Source: a virus (taxonomy: Duplodnaviria; Caudoviricetes). From it: DNA of 28,580 bases. Every line of letters begins with the position of its first letter. The first letter of the stretch is position 1. Below the pieces are notes generated by a model, which worked only from the letters and a program-made list of their open reading frames with translations, was not told the DNA's origin and did not search any database. The stretch spans positions 1 through 28,580 of the IMG/VR virus record IMGVR_UViG_3300042402_003545, one strand, 5' to 3'. Positions 1 through 8,467 of the stretch are shown here, piece after piece. Made by a program: the position numbers and the translations under genes.

Positions 1-576
1 TACATCGTTTGGTGTAATAACTCTTTTGAATACTTTTGTAATACCATTAACAACAACTTCTCTTTTTGTTATTGTGTAGTTGATAAGAACTCCGTTGGCG
101 TTGAAATTTGGTATTTTAAGTCTATTAGGAAATCCCTCTGAGTTGTAAGGTGATGCAAAATCAATATCGTTTACATTTTCAAAAACGATACCCGCACCAA
201 TAACCTGAGAACCTCTTAATAATGTTCCCAAATATCTCTCATCTTCTTTATCACCAAACGCTGGAACTGTAATTGAGAAATCAACCAAAGCAACGGATGG
301 TCTTTGTCCCGGTATTTTCAAACCATAAGTTCTGGCGATGTTATAGATTGATGATTTTTGTTGTGCATATTGAAGAACAGTCTCTTGTATACTTCTATCA
401 ATCTGATAGTTGAGGTTATCAGCAATCGCCGCATTCAAATCAATGAAAACCGAAAATACCGATGCATCGTTAAAATCCTGAATTAACTCAGGATAATACG
501 TTCTTACGTAATTGAGAAGTTCGGTTCTTACTGCCTGATAATCTCTTGTAGTATATGATATTTTACGGTTTGCCAT
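1..576 (-). CDS. Baseplate wedge protein, T4 gp6-like / baseplate J-like (runs off the left edge of the window)
   Basis: Not in the ORF track. Manual translation from ATG at 576 is open to base 1: MANRKISYTTRDYQAVRTELLNYVRTYYPELIQDFNDASVFSVFIDLNAAIADNLNYQIDRSIQETVLQYAQQKSSIYNIARTYGLKIPGQRPS. This matches the gp6-type N-terminus and directly follows a gp25-like gene. Confidence 0.85.
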   Translation of the reverse strand, partial: MANRKISYTTRDYQAVRTELLNYVRTYYPELIQDFNDASVFSVFIDLNAAIADNLNYQIDRSIQETVLQYAQQKSSIYNIARTYGLKIPGQRPSVALVDFSITVPAFGDKEDERYLGTLLRGSQVIGAGIVFENVNDIDFASPYNSEGFPNRLKIPNFNANGVLINYTITKREVVVNGITKVFKRVITPNDV

Positions 577-581
577 CTATG

Positions 582-1055
582 TTAAATATTGATAATTATA
601 AAATCACTCTCACTAAATGTTTGTGAATTTGTTGCATAATCTATTTTAATTTTTGCAGTATAATCTGCGGTTCCCTTACCAGGTAATCTATAAATGTCAT
701 ACATTTTAGCATCACCAACCGTTACAGTATTTGTTTGAGTATCCGCCTCATTTGCAGGGTCTGCAGGTTCTATAGATATTTTATTAACTAATAAATTAGG
801 CATATACTTTTGAATAGAATCTCTGATGTCAGCCTCAATAGCACTGAACGTTAATCCATCAAAAGGTTCGAACACAAATTCATAAAGTCTTGTTCCAAAA
901 TCAGGAAGATAATATCTCGAACCCTTTCTTGTTAACAACAAATGAATCAAGTCAGCCCTGACTTCTTGTCTTTGAAACTCGGTAAGTTGTAAATAATCCC
1001 CTCTCGTAGAATCCTGAAATGGGAAATTCAATCCATATGTAACTCCATCTGCCAT
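582..1055 (-). CDS. Baseplate wedge subunit, T4 gp25-like (GPW/gp25 family)
   Basis: Family signature LIHLLLTRKGSRYYLPDFGTRLYEFVFEP...IRDSIQKYMP; 157 aa; immediately upstream of the gp6-like gene. Confidence 0.9.
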   Translation of the reverse strand: MADGVTYGLNFPFQDSTRGDYLQLTEFQRQEVRADLIHLLLTRKGSRYYLPDFGTRLYEFVFEPFDGLTFSAIEADIRDSIQKYMPNLLVNKISIEPADPANEADTQTNTVTVGDAKMYDIYRLPGKGTADYTAKIKIDYATNSQTFSESDFIIINI

Positions 1056-1075
1056 ATGTGATAAATATACTTGGA

Positions 1076-1264
1076 TTATTTTTTTCTTAAATAGATATTA
1101 CCCTTTTGAGCCTTTGGTTCAAAAGGACAATGTCTACAACCATTACCACAACAATATCCTCTTTCTATATGATATTCCTCTGTAAAAACTTTTCTTCCGT
1201 TTTCCTCATAAAAATGAGAAGGGAGAAGTTTTGGCTTCTCCCTTTTTATATTTTGTGTTTCCAT
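1076..1264 (-). CDS. Small Cys-rich protein, DUF5522-like (62 aa; probable start ATG 1264 rather than 1312)
   Basis: FYEENGRKVFTEEYHIERGYCCGNGCRHCPF matches the RGxCCGxGCRHCP(Y/F) pattern recalled for DUF5522. ATG at 1264 lies 1 nt after the nrdJ stop and avoids an overlap. Confidence 0.75.
   Translation of the reverse strand: METQNIKREKPKLLPSHFYEENGRKVFTEEYHIERGYCCGNGCRHCPFEPKAQKGNIYLRKK
1219..1244. terminator. 10-bp inverted repeat downstream of nrdJ, inside the DUF5522-like ORF; possible bidirectional terminator
   Basis: AAGGGAGAAG-ttttgg-CTTCTCCCTT, followed by a T-run on the plus strand and CTCATTTTT on the minus strand. Confidence 0.45.
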
Positions 1265-1265
1265 C

Positions 1266-3128
1266 CTATACCAATGTAATTTCACAAGCTCCTCCAGCAC
1301 AAGCCGCTTCACCTCTCAAATCAGTATCATCATCCATTTCGATAATTTTAGATAAGTCAACATCTTTAAGTGTTTCCATAAGTTCTTCATACTTTTCTTT
1401 TGTGCAATCTTCAAATGGTGCTTGAATATACGTTCCTCCATCATATGGAAGAACTGATAGTCCGTTATATGCTTCTCTGTTATCCCACATCCACTCACCA
1501 ACCGCAGGCCACTCATGTTCTCTAATTGAGATGGTTGCTGATACGTTATGTGCATTGTTTCCATTTCTATGTCCTGGTTTAATCCACTCTTGTTGGACTT
1601 TCTTCACTCTCTCCAATAATTGAATTGGTGATTCGTTTCTTAAGATTGACCCCTCAGGTGCTTTTTGTGGAATTCCAATAACCGCTGTATCATGTGGTCT
1701 AAAGTATTCATCTTCAACTAATTCAGGGTGATAAGTTTTTAAGTGTGAATAAATTGCTTCGTTCTTTCCAACTCTAACTCTTCTGATATAATAATCATTA
1801 TGCCAAGCGTGGATACCTGAAGATGTTCCTAAAGTTAAAGATGTTGTTCCCGCAGGTTTAACTGTTGTTGTTCTTGCCGAAGGATTAATCTTTATTAACT
1901 CAGCAACTCTTTTGTTTTCTTCTTTAACTACTTTAGCGGCAGATTTCATATTTAAACCTAACACCGCACCTGAACCGATACCTGTCATTGATATTCCAAT
2001 CAACGCATCTTTTTCAGTTGTTCTTTGCCAAATTGGTCTTAGGTAGTGGAAGTCTGTGTATCCCGCTTGTAATGTTCCGATGAAGGAAGCCGCTCTCACT
2101 CTATCTTCATAATCTTCTTGAGATACAACGTTAGATACGTTAACCTCTGTAAGGTTACAGAATTGGAATGGTCTTAACGCGATTTCACAACAAGGGTTTG
2201 TTCCCCAATCTTTATCATTTGATAAGTAGATACCAGGTTCACCCGCTCCACTTGCTTCAATTCTTTTCCAAAGGTCCATGAAATAATCCTTTGTGATTTT
2301 GTGTCTCATTAAAACAGCTGAGTTATTAGCTCTACCTCTTTGTGGATTTGTTTCCCACCATGCTCCACTCTTACAACCAATCATTTCTTCGTCAGTTGCC
2401 GAGAACAATGAGATAAGAGCTGCTCTTCTGATACCACCAGCCAATACTGCGTCTGCAATATGACAAACCATATCATGAACTTCAATTGGTCTTAGCTTGT
2501 CACCATTTTCCTTAGAATCAAGAATACCTTCCAATTTGATAAGACATTCTTTAAGTGGTTGAGCACCAGGTGCTTTACCCCCTGAAGTAACAAGTCTTGC
2601 TCCTTTAGGTCTGATGTCTGAAAAATCAAATTCAATCTTTGAACCACCGAAGAAATATGATTTAACCAACACTTTAACAGCGTCAGCCCATCCTTCGATT
2701 GAGTCAGCAACCAACCATCTTCTTCCTCTTTCTTTATTTGGTTTTCTAATTTCAGGTAGAACATCAACGTGATGTTTCTGAACTGAATAACCTACACCTG
2801 TTCCACCCAAAAGTAAGAACATGATTTCAGAGAATACTCTCCAATCATCAATCGGTGCAAAGGCACAATTGTAAATTCTGTTAGGTGAAATTTCAATTGG
2901 TTTACCCGCGAACTGCATTGACCTCATTGAAGGTAATACTTGCTTTCTGTAAACATACATGTAATTCTCTCTAATCTCTTTTTCGATTTCTGGATACTGC
3001 TTAATGTGCATCTCCATGTTTCTTGTGACAAGTTCTTGCCAAGTCTCTCTTCTCTTTAGTTCTGGAATATACTTAGCGTATTTCATATACACTGTAATTT
3101 CCGATAAAATCCTGTTTGAAATGTCCAT
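1266..3128 (-). CDS. nrdJ: Class II (adenosylcobalamin-dependent) ribonucleotide reductase, monomeric RTPR type
   Basis: N-terminal KYAKY...RRETWxE, PSMRSMQFAG, YNCAF, LLGGTGVGYSVQ, GGIRRAALISL, active-site TNPCCEI, TTVKPAGTTSL and a C-terminal Cys pair ACAGGACEI; 620 aa, with no ATP-cone and no small-subunit gene nearby. Confidence 0.88.
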   Translation of the reverse strand: MDISNRILSEITVYMKYAKYIPELKRRETWQELVTRNMEMHIKQYPEIEKEIRENYMYVYRKQVLPSMRSMQFAGKPIEISPNRIYNCAFAPIDDWRVFSEIMFLLLGGTGVGYSVQKHHVDVLPEIRKPNKERGRRWLVADSIEGWADAVKVLVKSYFFGGSKIEFDFSDIRPKGARLVTSGGKAPGAQPLKECLIKLEGILDSKENGDKLRPIEVHDMVCHIADAVLAGGIRRAALISLFSATDEEMIGCKSGAWWETNPQRGRANNSAVLMRHKITKDYFMDLWKRIEASGAGEPGIYLSNDKDWGTNPCCEIALRPFQFCNLTEVNVSNVVSQEDYEDRVRAASFIGTLQAGYTDFHYLRPIWQRTTEKDALIGISMTGIGSGAVLGLNMKSAAKVVKEENKRVAELIKINPSARTTTVKPAGTTSLTLGTSSGIHAWHNDYYIRRVRVGKNEAIYSHLKTYHPELVEDEYFRPHDTAVIGIPQKAPEGSILRNESPIQLLERVKKVQQEWIKPGHRNGNNAHNVSATISIREHEWPAVGEWMWDNREAYNGLSVLPYDGGTYIQAPFEDCTKEKYEELMETLKDVDLSKIIEMDDDTDLRGEAACAGGACEITLV

Positions 3129-3186
3129 TGTTAAAATTTTAAATGTGTTTTTTTATCAAAAAATCGTTGATTTTAAAGATAAATAT

Positions 3187-3209
3187 ATGGTCGGCACATA
3201 ACCGACCAT
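3187..3209. promoter_or_regulatory. 8-bp stem hairpin in the helicase-nrdJ spacer, adjacent to a TATTTAT motif (3179-3185)
   Basis: ATGGTCGG-cacataa-CCGACCAT; on the minus strand it is followed by ATATTTAT rather than a clean U-tract. Confidence 0.4.
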
Positions 3210-3259
3210 TAGTTTCAATAAAAAAAAATAAGTTTTTTTCAAAAAAAGTAGATATTTAA

Positions 3260-4642
3260 TTAAGTTGTTTTTTGCTGTGCTTCTCTTTCTTTTCTTTTCT
3301 CGAGAAGCTCCTTAACTCTATCTCTTTTTCTTTCTTCTTGTTGTTCTTCGAAACCTAAGAAAGTTACTGATGATTCAGTATCAATCTCCAATAATTCATT
3401 GTTGAATTTACAGTTTTCGAAAACAACTCCATCCTTACCCAAACGGGATTTGGTGATTGCAATTGTTGCCAAGTTCATTTCCTTTTGTTGAAGTGTTTTT
3501 GCAACAGTGATGATTACGTGACCAACCTGAGCCTTTTTAATTGAGCCACCCATTTGGTCAGTCGTAACAACTTCGGACGAAATTGAAGACCTATTACCTT
3601 GTGTAGCGGTCCATCCAACAAGATTCAATTCGTGACACATGGCTTCGAACCCTCTCATTACAGAACCTTCGGCTTTCCACTCATCTTTTGCACTCGATTC
3701 AGGAAGAACACAATCAATATAATCCAATAGAATCAAATCAATCTTTGTCCCATCAGCAATCATTTTTCTGACTTGGTTCTTGATTTGATTCATAGTCATA
3801 GTATCTGAAGCAAGTTTCTTGAGAACCAATTTGTTTTTCATTGTCTCTTGAATCTCAGTTATCTTAGACATTACCTCTTCTTTGTGATTAGCTAGATTAT
3901 CAGGTTCAATACCAGTCCATATTGTGAAGTGTTTCCTTTGAACAATCTTTGGGTTGTCTTCGAAGAATATCTGAAGAACATTATAACCCAAATTAAATGC
4001 GGTGTTTGCAATCTTGGTAAGTATTGTTGTCTTACCCACACCTGTCGGTGCCAAGATAACTCCAATCTCACCTTTTGCCAAACCACCTTTGAGAAGTTTG
4101 TCAATTCCAGCAATACCCATAGGTATTGGATGACGATAGTCTTCTTCTAATACAGTATCAAGACCTGTAAAAATATCTGAAGTCCCCTTGTCAGTCTGAC
4201 CAACTTGAAGAGCGTCTCTCACCAAACCTTCAACCTTATCATAAGATTCAAAGTCACCTTCGGTGATAATCTTCTGTGCTCTGTCCATAGCTTTCTGAAG
4301 TTCTTGTTGTTTACAAAACTTCAAAGCCTTTTCCTGAACAAACACAGTCCCTTCAAACGGAGCTTCTTTTACTTGTTTGATTGTGTCCAACACAATCTTT
4401 GCTACAAGTTCTTGTGATACCTCAGATTTTACAATCTGTTCTAATGTATCGAAGTTCGGGGTAGACTCATATTTTGAGAAGTATTCTTTTATCATCTGAA
4501 TGATGATTTTGAAATACTTGTTATCGAAATACGAAGATTCAATTACATCCATGATAGACGATGAAAAGTCCTTATCTTCTATAATTTGGTTTAATAACTG
4601 TAACTGAAACTGATTGCCTAAATAATCGAAATTTTTATTCAT
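3260..4642 (-). CDS. Replicative DNA helicase, T4 gp41/DnaB-like (SF4)
   Basis: IDKLLKGGLAKGEIGVILAPTGVGKT (Walker A), LILLDYIDC (Walker B), WTATQGNR and ITKSRLG motifs. Confidence 0.92.
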   Translation of the reverse strand: MNKNFDYLGNQFQLQLLNQIIEDKDFSSSIMDVIESSYFDNKYFKIIIQMIKEYFSKYESTPNFDTLEQIVKSEVSQELVAKIVLDTIKQVKEAPFEGTVFVQEKALKFCKQQELQKAMDRAQKIITEGDFESYDKVEGLVRDALQVGQTDKGTSDIFTGLDTVLEEDYRHPIPMGIAGIDKLLKGGLAKGEIGVILAPTGVGKTTILTKIANTAFNLGYNVLQIFFEDNPKIVQRKHFTIWTGIEPDNLANHKEEVMSKITEIQETMKNKLVLKKLASDTMTMNQIKNQVRKMIADGTKIDLILLDYIDCVLPESSAKDEWKAEGSVMRGFEAMCHELNLVGWTATQGNRSSISSEVVTTDQMGGSIKKAQVGHVIITVAKTLQQKEMNLATIAITKSRLGKDGVVFENCKFNNELLEIDTESSVTFLGFEEQQEERKRDRVKELLEKRKEREAQQKTT

Positions 4643-4676
4643 AAATTGAAACTTACCCCTCTATATTATTAAATAC

Positions 4677-5129
4677 TTACTTACTCAAATCAAATTCCAA
4701 ATATTGGTAACTTAATTCAGGATTTGAAAAAATGTCAGTCAATTCACGAAGGACATCTTTCAAAAATGGTCTTACGTCAACCGTATAACGAACTTTTGGT
4801 GGAAACTTTTTTCCGTCAAAAATTCTCTGACAAATTGTCTGTTCCCCAACCTTAACATAAATGTTGAAAATCTCAGGACCTTCAGTAAATGAAGTCTCCA
4901 TAATCTTTGGGTCGTGAATGATAGACTCTTTGTTATCCATCATGTAGACAACAGTCTTCATCTTAAGATAATACTCAAGGTCTTCTCTCAGTCCTCTAAT
5001 GTATTCATAAAACTCCACAGAGTTTTTTGCCTTAGGGTTATACCCCCTTACATTAAAGAATCTTTGGACAACAATGTTGTCATTCAAGGTTAGCAAAAAT
5101 TCCATTTTCGTGCTGTCTTGTTCTTTCAT
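4677..5129 (-). CDS. Hypothetical protein (150 aa) in the replication block
   Basis: Fills the gap between the exonuclease and helicase genes with tight spacing; no motif recognised. Confidence 0.75.
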   Translation of the reverse strand: MKEQDSTKMEFLLTLNDNIVVQRFFNVRGYNPKAKNSVEFYEYIRGLREDLEYYLKMKTVVYMMDNKESIIHDPKIMETSFTEGPEIFNIYVKVGEQTICQRIFDGKKFPPKVRYTVDVRPFLKDVLRELTDIFSNPELSYQYLEFDLSK

Positions 5130-5133
5130 AGTT

Positions 5134-6135
5134 TTAATTTTTGTTTGTGTTTCGTTTTTCTTTTCTAGTTAATTTCATGAATGGTTTTAGGAAGTTTACC
5201 CAAGCCTCATCATTTTTGGGTAGGTAATTAAAAAGACCGTCTTCCATCATCAGTCTCATTAAATTCTTATATCCTCTATCGGTGGGGTCAATTGTATCGG
5301 TGTGGATTTGTTCTACAAGTTGTTTTCCTTCGTCCGTAATTAACGGATTGGTAAGGTCAACTATTTTAGAGTTTGTAGTATAAAACTCTTCCCCAAGTAT
5401 ACCACTTTTTGTTCTGCCAGTCAAAATATTTGATAAACTTTTGATAGGTTTCTTTTGCGGGATATTTCGTGCAATATCCAATAATTCTTCGACAGTGCAC
5501 GATTTTTCCTGCATTTGTGGAAATAATTTGACAAGGGTTTTTTCACCAAGTCCCTCAATACCTTCAATGTTATCTGATTTATCTCCCGTAAAGATTTTAC
5601 ACACGGTTACATTCTGATGAGGAATGTCCACCTTGTTAATAGAAATCTTGTCACCGTTTTTGAAATATTGTTTGTGAACTGGGGAATAAATTGTTACACG
5701 TTCGGAAATGAGTTGGGTAAGGTCTTTGTCCGCCGAGAATATAATAATGTTTTCTTGTGTTGCAATTTTACAATAGTAGGCAATAAGGTCGTCAGCCTCG
5801 TTATTCATCATCTCGACCTGTCGCACGAATACCTCCTCCAAATACGTCTTTACTCTTGCCTTTTGTTGCAAGTAAGACTCGTATTTGTAATCATTCATAT
5901 CCTGTCTTCGGTTTCCCTTATATTGAGGATATATACTTTTTCTAATTGAGGAATTGGAATCTCCGTCCCAAAATACAACTACTTTATCGTGGTTGTGTTC
6001 ATCCAAGAATCTGCGAAGAGTATTAATAAAATGATAAACGCCACCAACGTGAGCCCCATCATTATAAAGTTCTTTAACACCGTGAAACCCAATCTTAAAA
6101 AGGTTATCACCATCTACTAATAAAGTTTTAGACAC
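5134..6135 (-). CDS. 5'-3' exonuclease / flap endonuclease (T4 RNase H-like, Pol I N-terminal family)
   Basis: LLVDGDNL, VVFWDG, YKGNR, EADDLIA, SADKDLTQL and the helix-hairpin-helix GDKSDNIEGIEGLGEKT. Confidence 0.92.
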   Translation of the reverse strand: MSKTLLVDGDNLFKIGFHGVKELYNDGAHVGGVYHFINTLRRFLDEHNHDKVVVFWDGDSNSSIRKSIYPQYKGNRRQDMNDYKYESYLQQKARVKTYLEEVFVRQVEMMNNEADDLIAYYCKIATQENIIIFSADKDLTQLISERVTIYSPVHKQYFKNGDKISINKVDIPHQNVTVCKIFTGDKSDNIEGIEGLGEKTLVKLFPQMQEKSCTVEELLDIARNIPQKKPIKSLSNILTGRTKSGILGEEFYTTNSKIVDLTNPLITDEGKQLVEQIHTDTIDPTDRGYKNLMRLMMEDGLFNYLPKNDEAWVNFLKPFMKLTRKEKRNTNKN

Positions 6136-6155
6136 ATAGTTTATTTAAAGGGTTA

Positions 6156-7184
6156 CTAATCTTCTCTCTCTTCTTTCAAATCGAAATCACCATCCGCTCC
6201 GATGATATCTTTCCAATATTCGGCGTATTCCTTTTTGTATTTTTCAATCGAAGCCTTTTCTTCGGAAGCTTCTTTTCCAGCTAAGAACCCGTGTGGGGTA
6301 ACGATAATTCTACCGTCATCAAATCCTAATCCGTTAATATGATTTTTCAACACAGATACCTTACTTCTAACCGCAAATTTTACAGAACGTTTGTCTTTGG
6401 TCGCGGTAATCTTTGTTGTTCCCGCACCTTTTTGATTACCAAATAAGAACACTAATGATGAATTTAACCAAACTGCATTTCCACCTTTAGCCATAATCTT
6501 TGGTTGACCGAATGGATTGTCAGGTAATTCAACCCAAGGTTGGTTGATAATTATCAAAGTGTTTTCCCATTTAGAATCTGCCTTTCTTGAACCTGAAATT
6601 CTTTGGTTGATACCCATACCAATTTTGTCTGATAATACAGAGGCGTTATGTTGTTTACCACCTTTACCATCGAAGGTCATCTTACACGGCACAGAACCCA
6701 CGGAATCCCATATAAAACATAAGCTTGGTGATTGTGGTCCATCTTCATCTTCATAGTCTAATTCACCCTTTTCCTGAGCATCCAACAATGAGTTGATGTA
6801 GTCAGTAATTTGTTCAATATAACTGAAGTTATTGTTGAAGATGAAAAATCCACCCCAATCCATTTCACCTGTTTCTTCATCGACCACTTCCTCACATTCA
6901 AAACCCATTAGTTTTGCGTGGTCAAAGGACCACTTTTGTTCTGTGATGATGAACACAGGTAATATCTTTTTCTTCTGACAATCAACAGCCGCCTTAATTG
7001 CCGCAGTTGTTTTACCTGTATCTGAGTGACCCAAGAACATATTCAAGTGTCCGATTGCTGGTCCAGGAAGACCCACAGCATCTAAGAAATCTCCACCTAA
7101 GTCAAGAAATCTTTGAGGCTTATATTTTGCTGAAGTTGAAAACTTCTCTTTAACTTTATTAAAGTTGTTCTTCTTGATTGCCAT
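6156..7184 (-). CDS. uvsX: RecA-family recombinase, UvsX-like
   Basis: Walker A GHSDTGKT, Walker B FIWDSVGS, LIIINQ, KGGNA, KVSVLKNH; 342 aa; located next to a gp32-like gene. Confidence 0.85.
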   Translation of the reverse strand: MAIKKNNFNKVKEKFSTSAKYKPQRFLDLGGDFLDAVGLPGPAIGHLNMFLGHSDTGKTTAAIKAAVDCQKKKILPVFIITEQKWSFDHAKLMGFECEEVVDEETGEMDWGGFFIFNNNFSYIEQITDYINSLLDAQEKGELDYEDEDGPQSPSLCFIWDSVGSVPCKMTFDGKGGKQHNASVLSDKIGMGINQRISGSRKADSKWENTLIIINQPWVELPDNPFGQPKIMAKGGNAVWLNSSLVFLFGNQKGAGTTKITATKDKRSVKFAVRSKVSVLKNHINGLGFDDGRIIVTPHGFLAGKEASEEKASIEKYKKEYAEYWKDIIGADGDFDLKEERED

Positions 7185-7467
7185 TTTCTATTCTTTTAAT
7201 GTTTGGTAATTTGTTTTCTTTCGGTCTTTTGTAGAAGATACTATCTTCTTCATATAACGTGCCAATTTCCTCTTCGTGGAAAGTCACTAATCTAATGTGT
7301 AATTCCCCATCTTCATCCTCTTCTTTCAACATACCAAAGAGAACGGTATCACCAACTTGTTTACTTCTACCTGAGAAGTAATTTTTATCTTTTAATTGAC
7401 TTAATATCTCGTAAGACAATACTTTATTATCTCTCGATTGTATTTCAATTTCTTCTTTGAATGTCAT
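7159..7467 (-). CDS. Hypothetical protein (102 aa)
   Basis: Fills the gp32-uvsX interval and overlaps the uvsX start by 26 nt; no recognisable motif. Confidence 0.6.
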   Translation of the reverse strand: MTFKEEIEIQSRDNKVLSYEILSQLKDKNYFSGRSKQVGDTVLFGMLKEEDEDGELHIRLVTFHEEEIGTLYEEDSIFYKRPKENKLPNIKRIENGNQEEQL

Positions 7468-7470
7468 ATG

Positions 7471-7502
7471 AAAAAAAAATAAGGGTGGCTTTCACCACCC
7501 TT
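7471..7502 (-). terminator. Intrinsic terminator after the gp32-like gene
   Basis: Minus strand AAGGGTGG-TGAAAG-CCACCCTT-ATTTTTTTTT, about 10 nt after the stop codon. Confidence 0.8.
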
Positions 7503-7512
7503 GGTTATAAAA

Positions 7513-8367
7513 TTAGAATGGTAAATCAGTATCTACCTCCGCATCTGCCTGTGGGTCAGCAACCTTTTCTTTAGGTTTACTTCCACCAACTGTTGTTGTT
7601 TCAACTGATGAGTCACCATAAACATATCCACCTTTTTCACTATCCCATTTTGGAGTCTCTCCACGAGCGATAGCCTCAAGGTATTCTACAGGTTTTTTAG
7701 AATAAACATCTGTCCAACTTAACTCGTCGTTAACCCAAGCATTTGCTTGTTCTTTTTCTTCATGAACAGGAGTTGGGTCATCATACATAATTGTAGATAC
7801 ACTTGTATACTCCTTACCTGCTGGTGTTTTAGATTTGGTCAACTCGATGATAAGGTCACGACCTTTTTCAGGGTCAGTGATGTCACCTTTGTTTCTCCAA
7901 ATTGGAATGATTTTATCCAAGATACCATCATTCTTATAGTTGTGTTTAAATCTCCAAAACTTTGGACCATCTTCTTCGTGGTCTCTATCAATTACTTTTA
8001 CGATATAGAATTTACGAGACTTATATTGTTTCGCCAATTCTTTGTCAGATTCTTTACCTGTTGACATCAACTCTTCGTAAACCTCATTCAAAGGTGAACG
8101 TTCGTTGTCATTTTTTCCTGGGTCATAGAACTTTTGCCATTGGCCACCAACTTGGATTTCATGATACCAAGCTTCTTTAAATGGTGATGAACCATCTTGA
8201 GTAGGAAGAATTCTTACTCTTCTTTGTCCTGATTTCTCTTTATCACCAAGGATTAAAGCGAAATACTTTTTCATTCTTTCGTCTTGCGACATTTTACTTT
8301 GGGCCCCGCCCCCTGATTGTTGTGATTTCTCATACTGTGCCAATACGGCGTCTAATACATTACTCAT
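7513..8367 (-). CDS. Single-stranded DNA-binding protein, T4 gp32-like
   Basis: RRVRILP...PFKEAWYH...GG, SRKFYIVKVIDR, GPKFWRF, DITDPEKGRDLII, acidic C-terminus ending DTDLPF; context beside uvsX. Confidence 0.85.
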   Translation of the reverse strand: MSNVLDAVLAQYEKSQQSGGGAQSKMSQDERMKKYFALILGDKEKSGQRRVRILPTQDGSSPFKEAWYHEIQVGGQWQKFYDPGKNDNERSPLNEVYEELMSTGKESDKELAKQYKSRKFYIVKVIDRDHEEDGPKFWRFKHNYKNDGILDKIIPIWRNKGDITDPEKGRDLIIELTKSKTPAGKEYTSVSTIMYDDPTPVHEEKEQANAWVNDELSWTDVYSKKPVEYLEAIARGETPKWDSEKGGYVYGDSSVETTTVGGSKPKEKVADPQADAEVDTDLPF

Positions 8368-8398
8368 TTTAAAATAATTAAAGTTGTTTAAATTGAAT

Positions 8399-8406
8399 TA
8401 TAAATA
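8399..8406 (-). promoter_or_regulatory. TATTTATA upstream motif (candidate phage promoter)
   Basis: Exact motif 31 nt upstream of the gp32 ATG; recurs in most intergenic spacers. Confidence 0.55.
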
Positions 8407-8430
8407 TAGTTGAAAGTAGTGCTGATGTCA

Positions 8431-8459
8431 AATAAAAAAGGTCATCTTTCGATGACCTT
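8431..8459 (-). terminator. Intrinsic terminator after the 221-aa gene
   Basis: Minus strand AAGGTCATC-GAAA-GATGACCTT-TTTTATT (GNRA loop plus U-tract). Confidence 0.85.
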
Positions 8460-8467
8460 CTTAAAAT

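Noticed and set aside
3129-3259. Cobalamin riboswitch, NrdR box or replication origin upstream of nrdJ
   Set aside because: The spacer is only 131 nt and mostly A/T runs with one small hairpin; I saw no B12-box, NrdR palindrome or iterons.
1266-7184. Inteins or self-splicing introns in nrdJ, helicase or uvsX
   Set aside because: Lengths are ordinary for each family, frames are continuous, and no intein ends or homing endonuclease motifs were seen.
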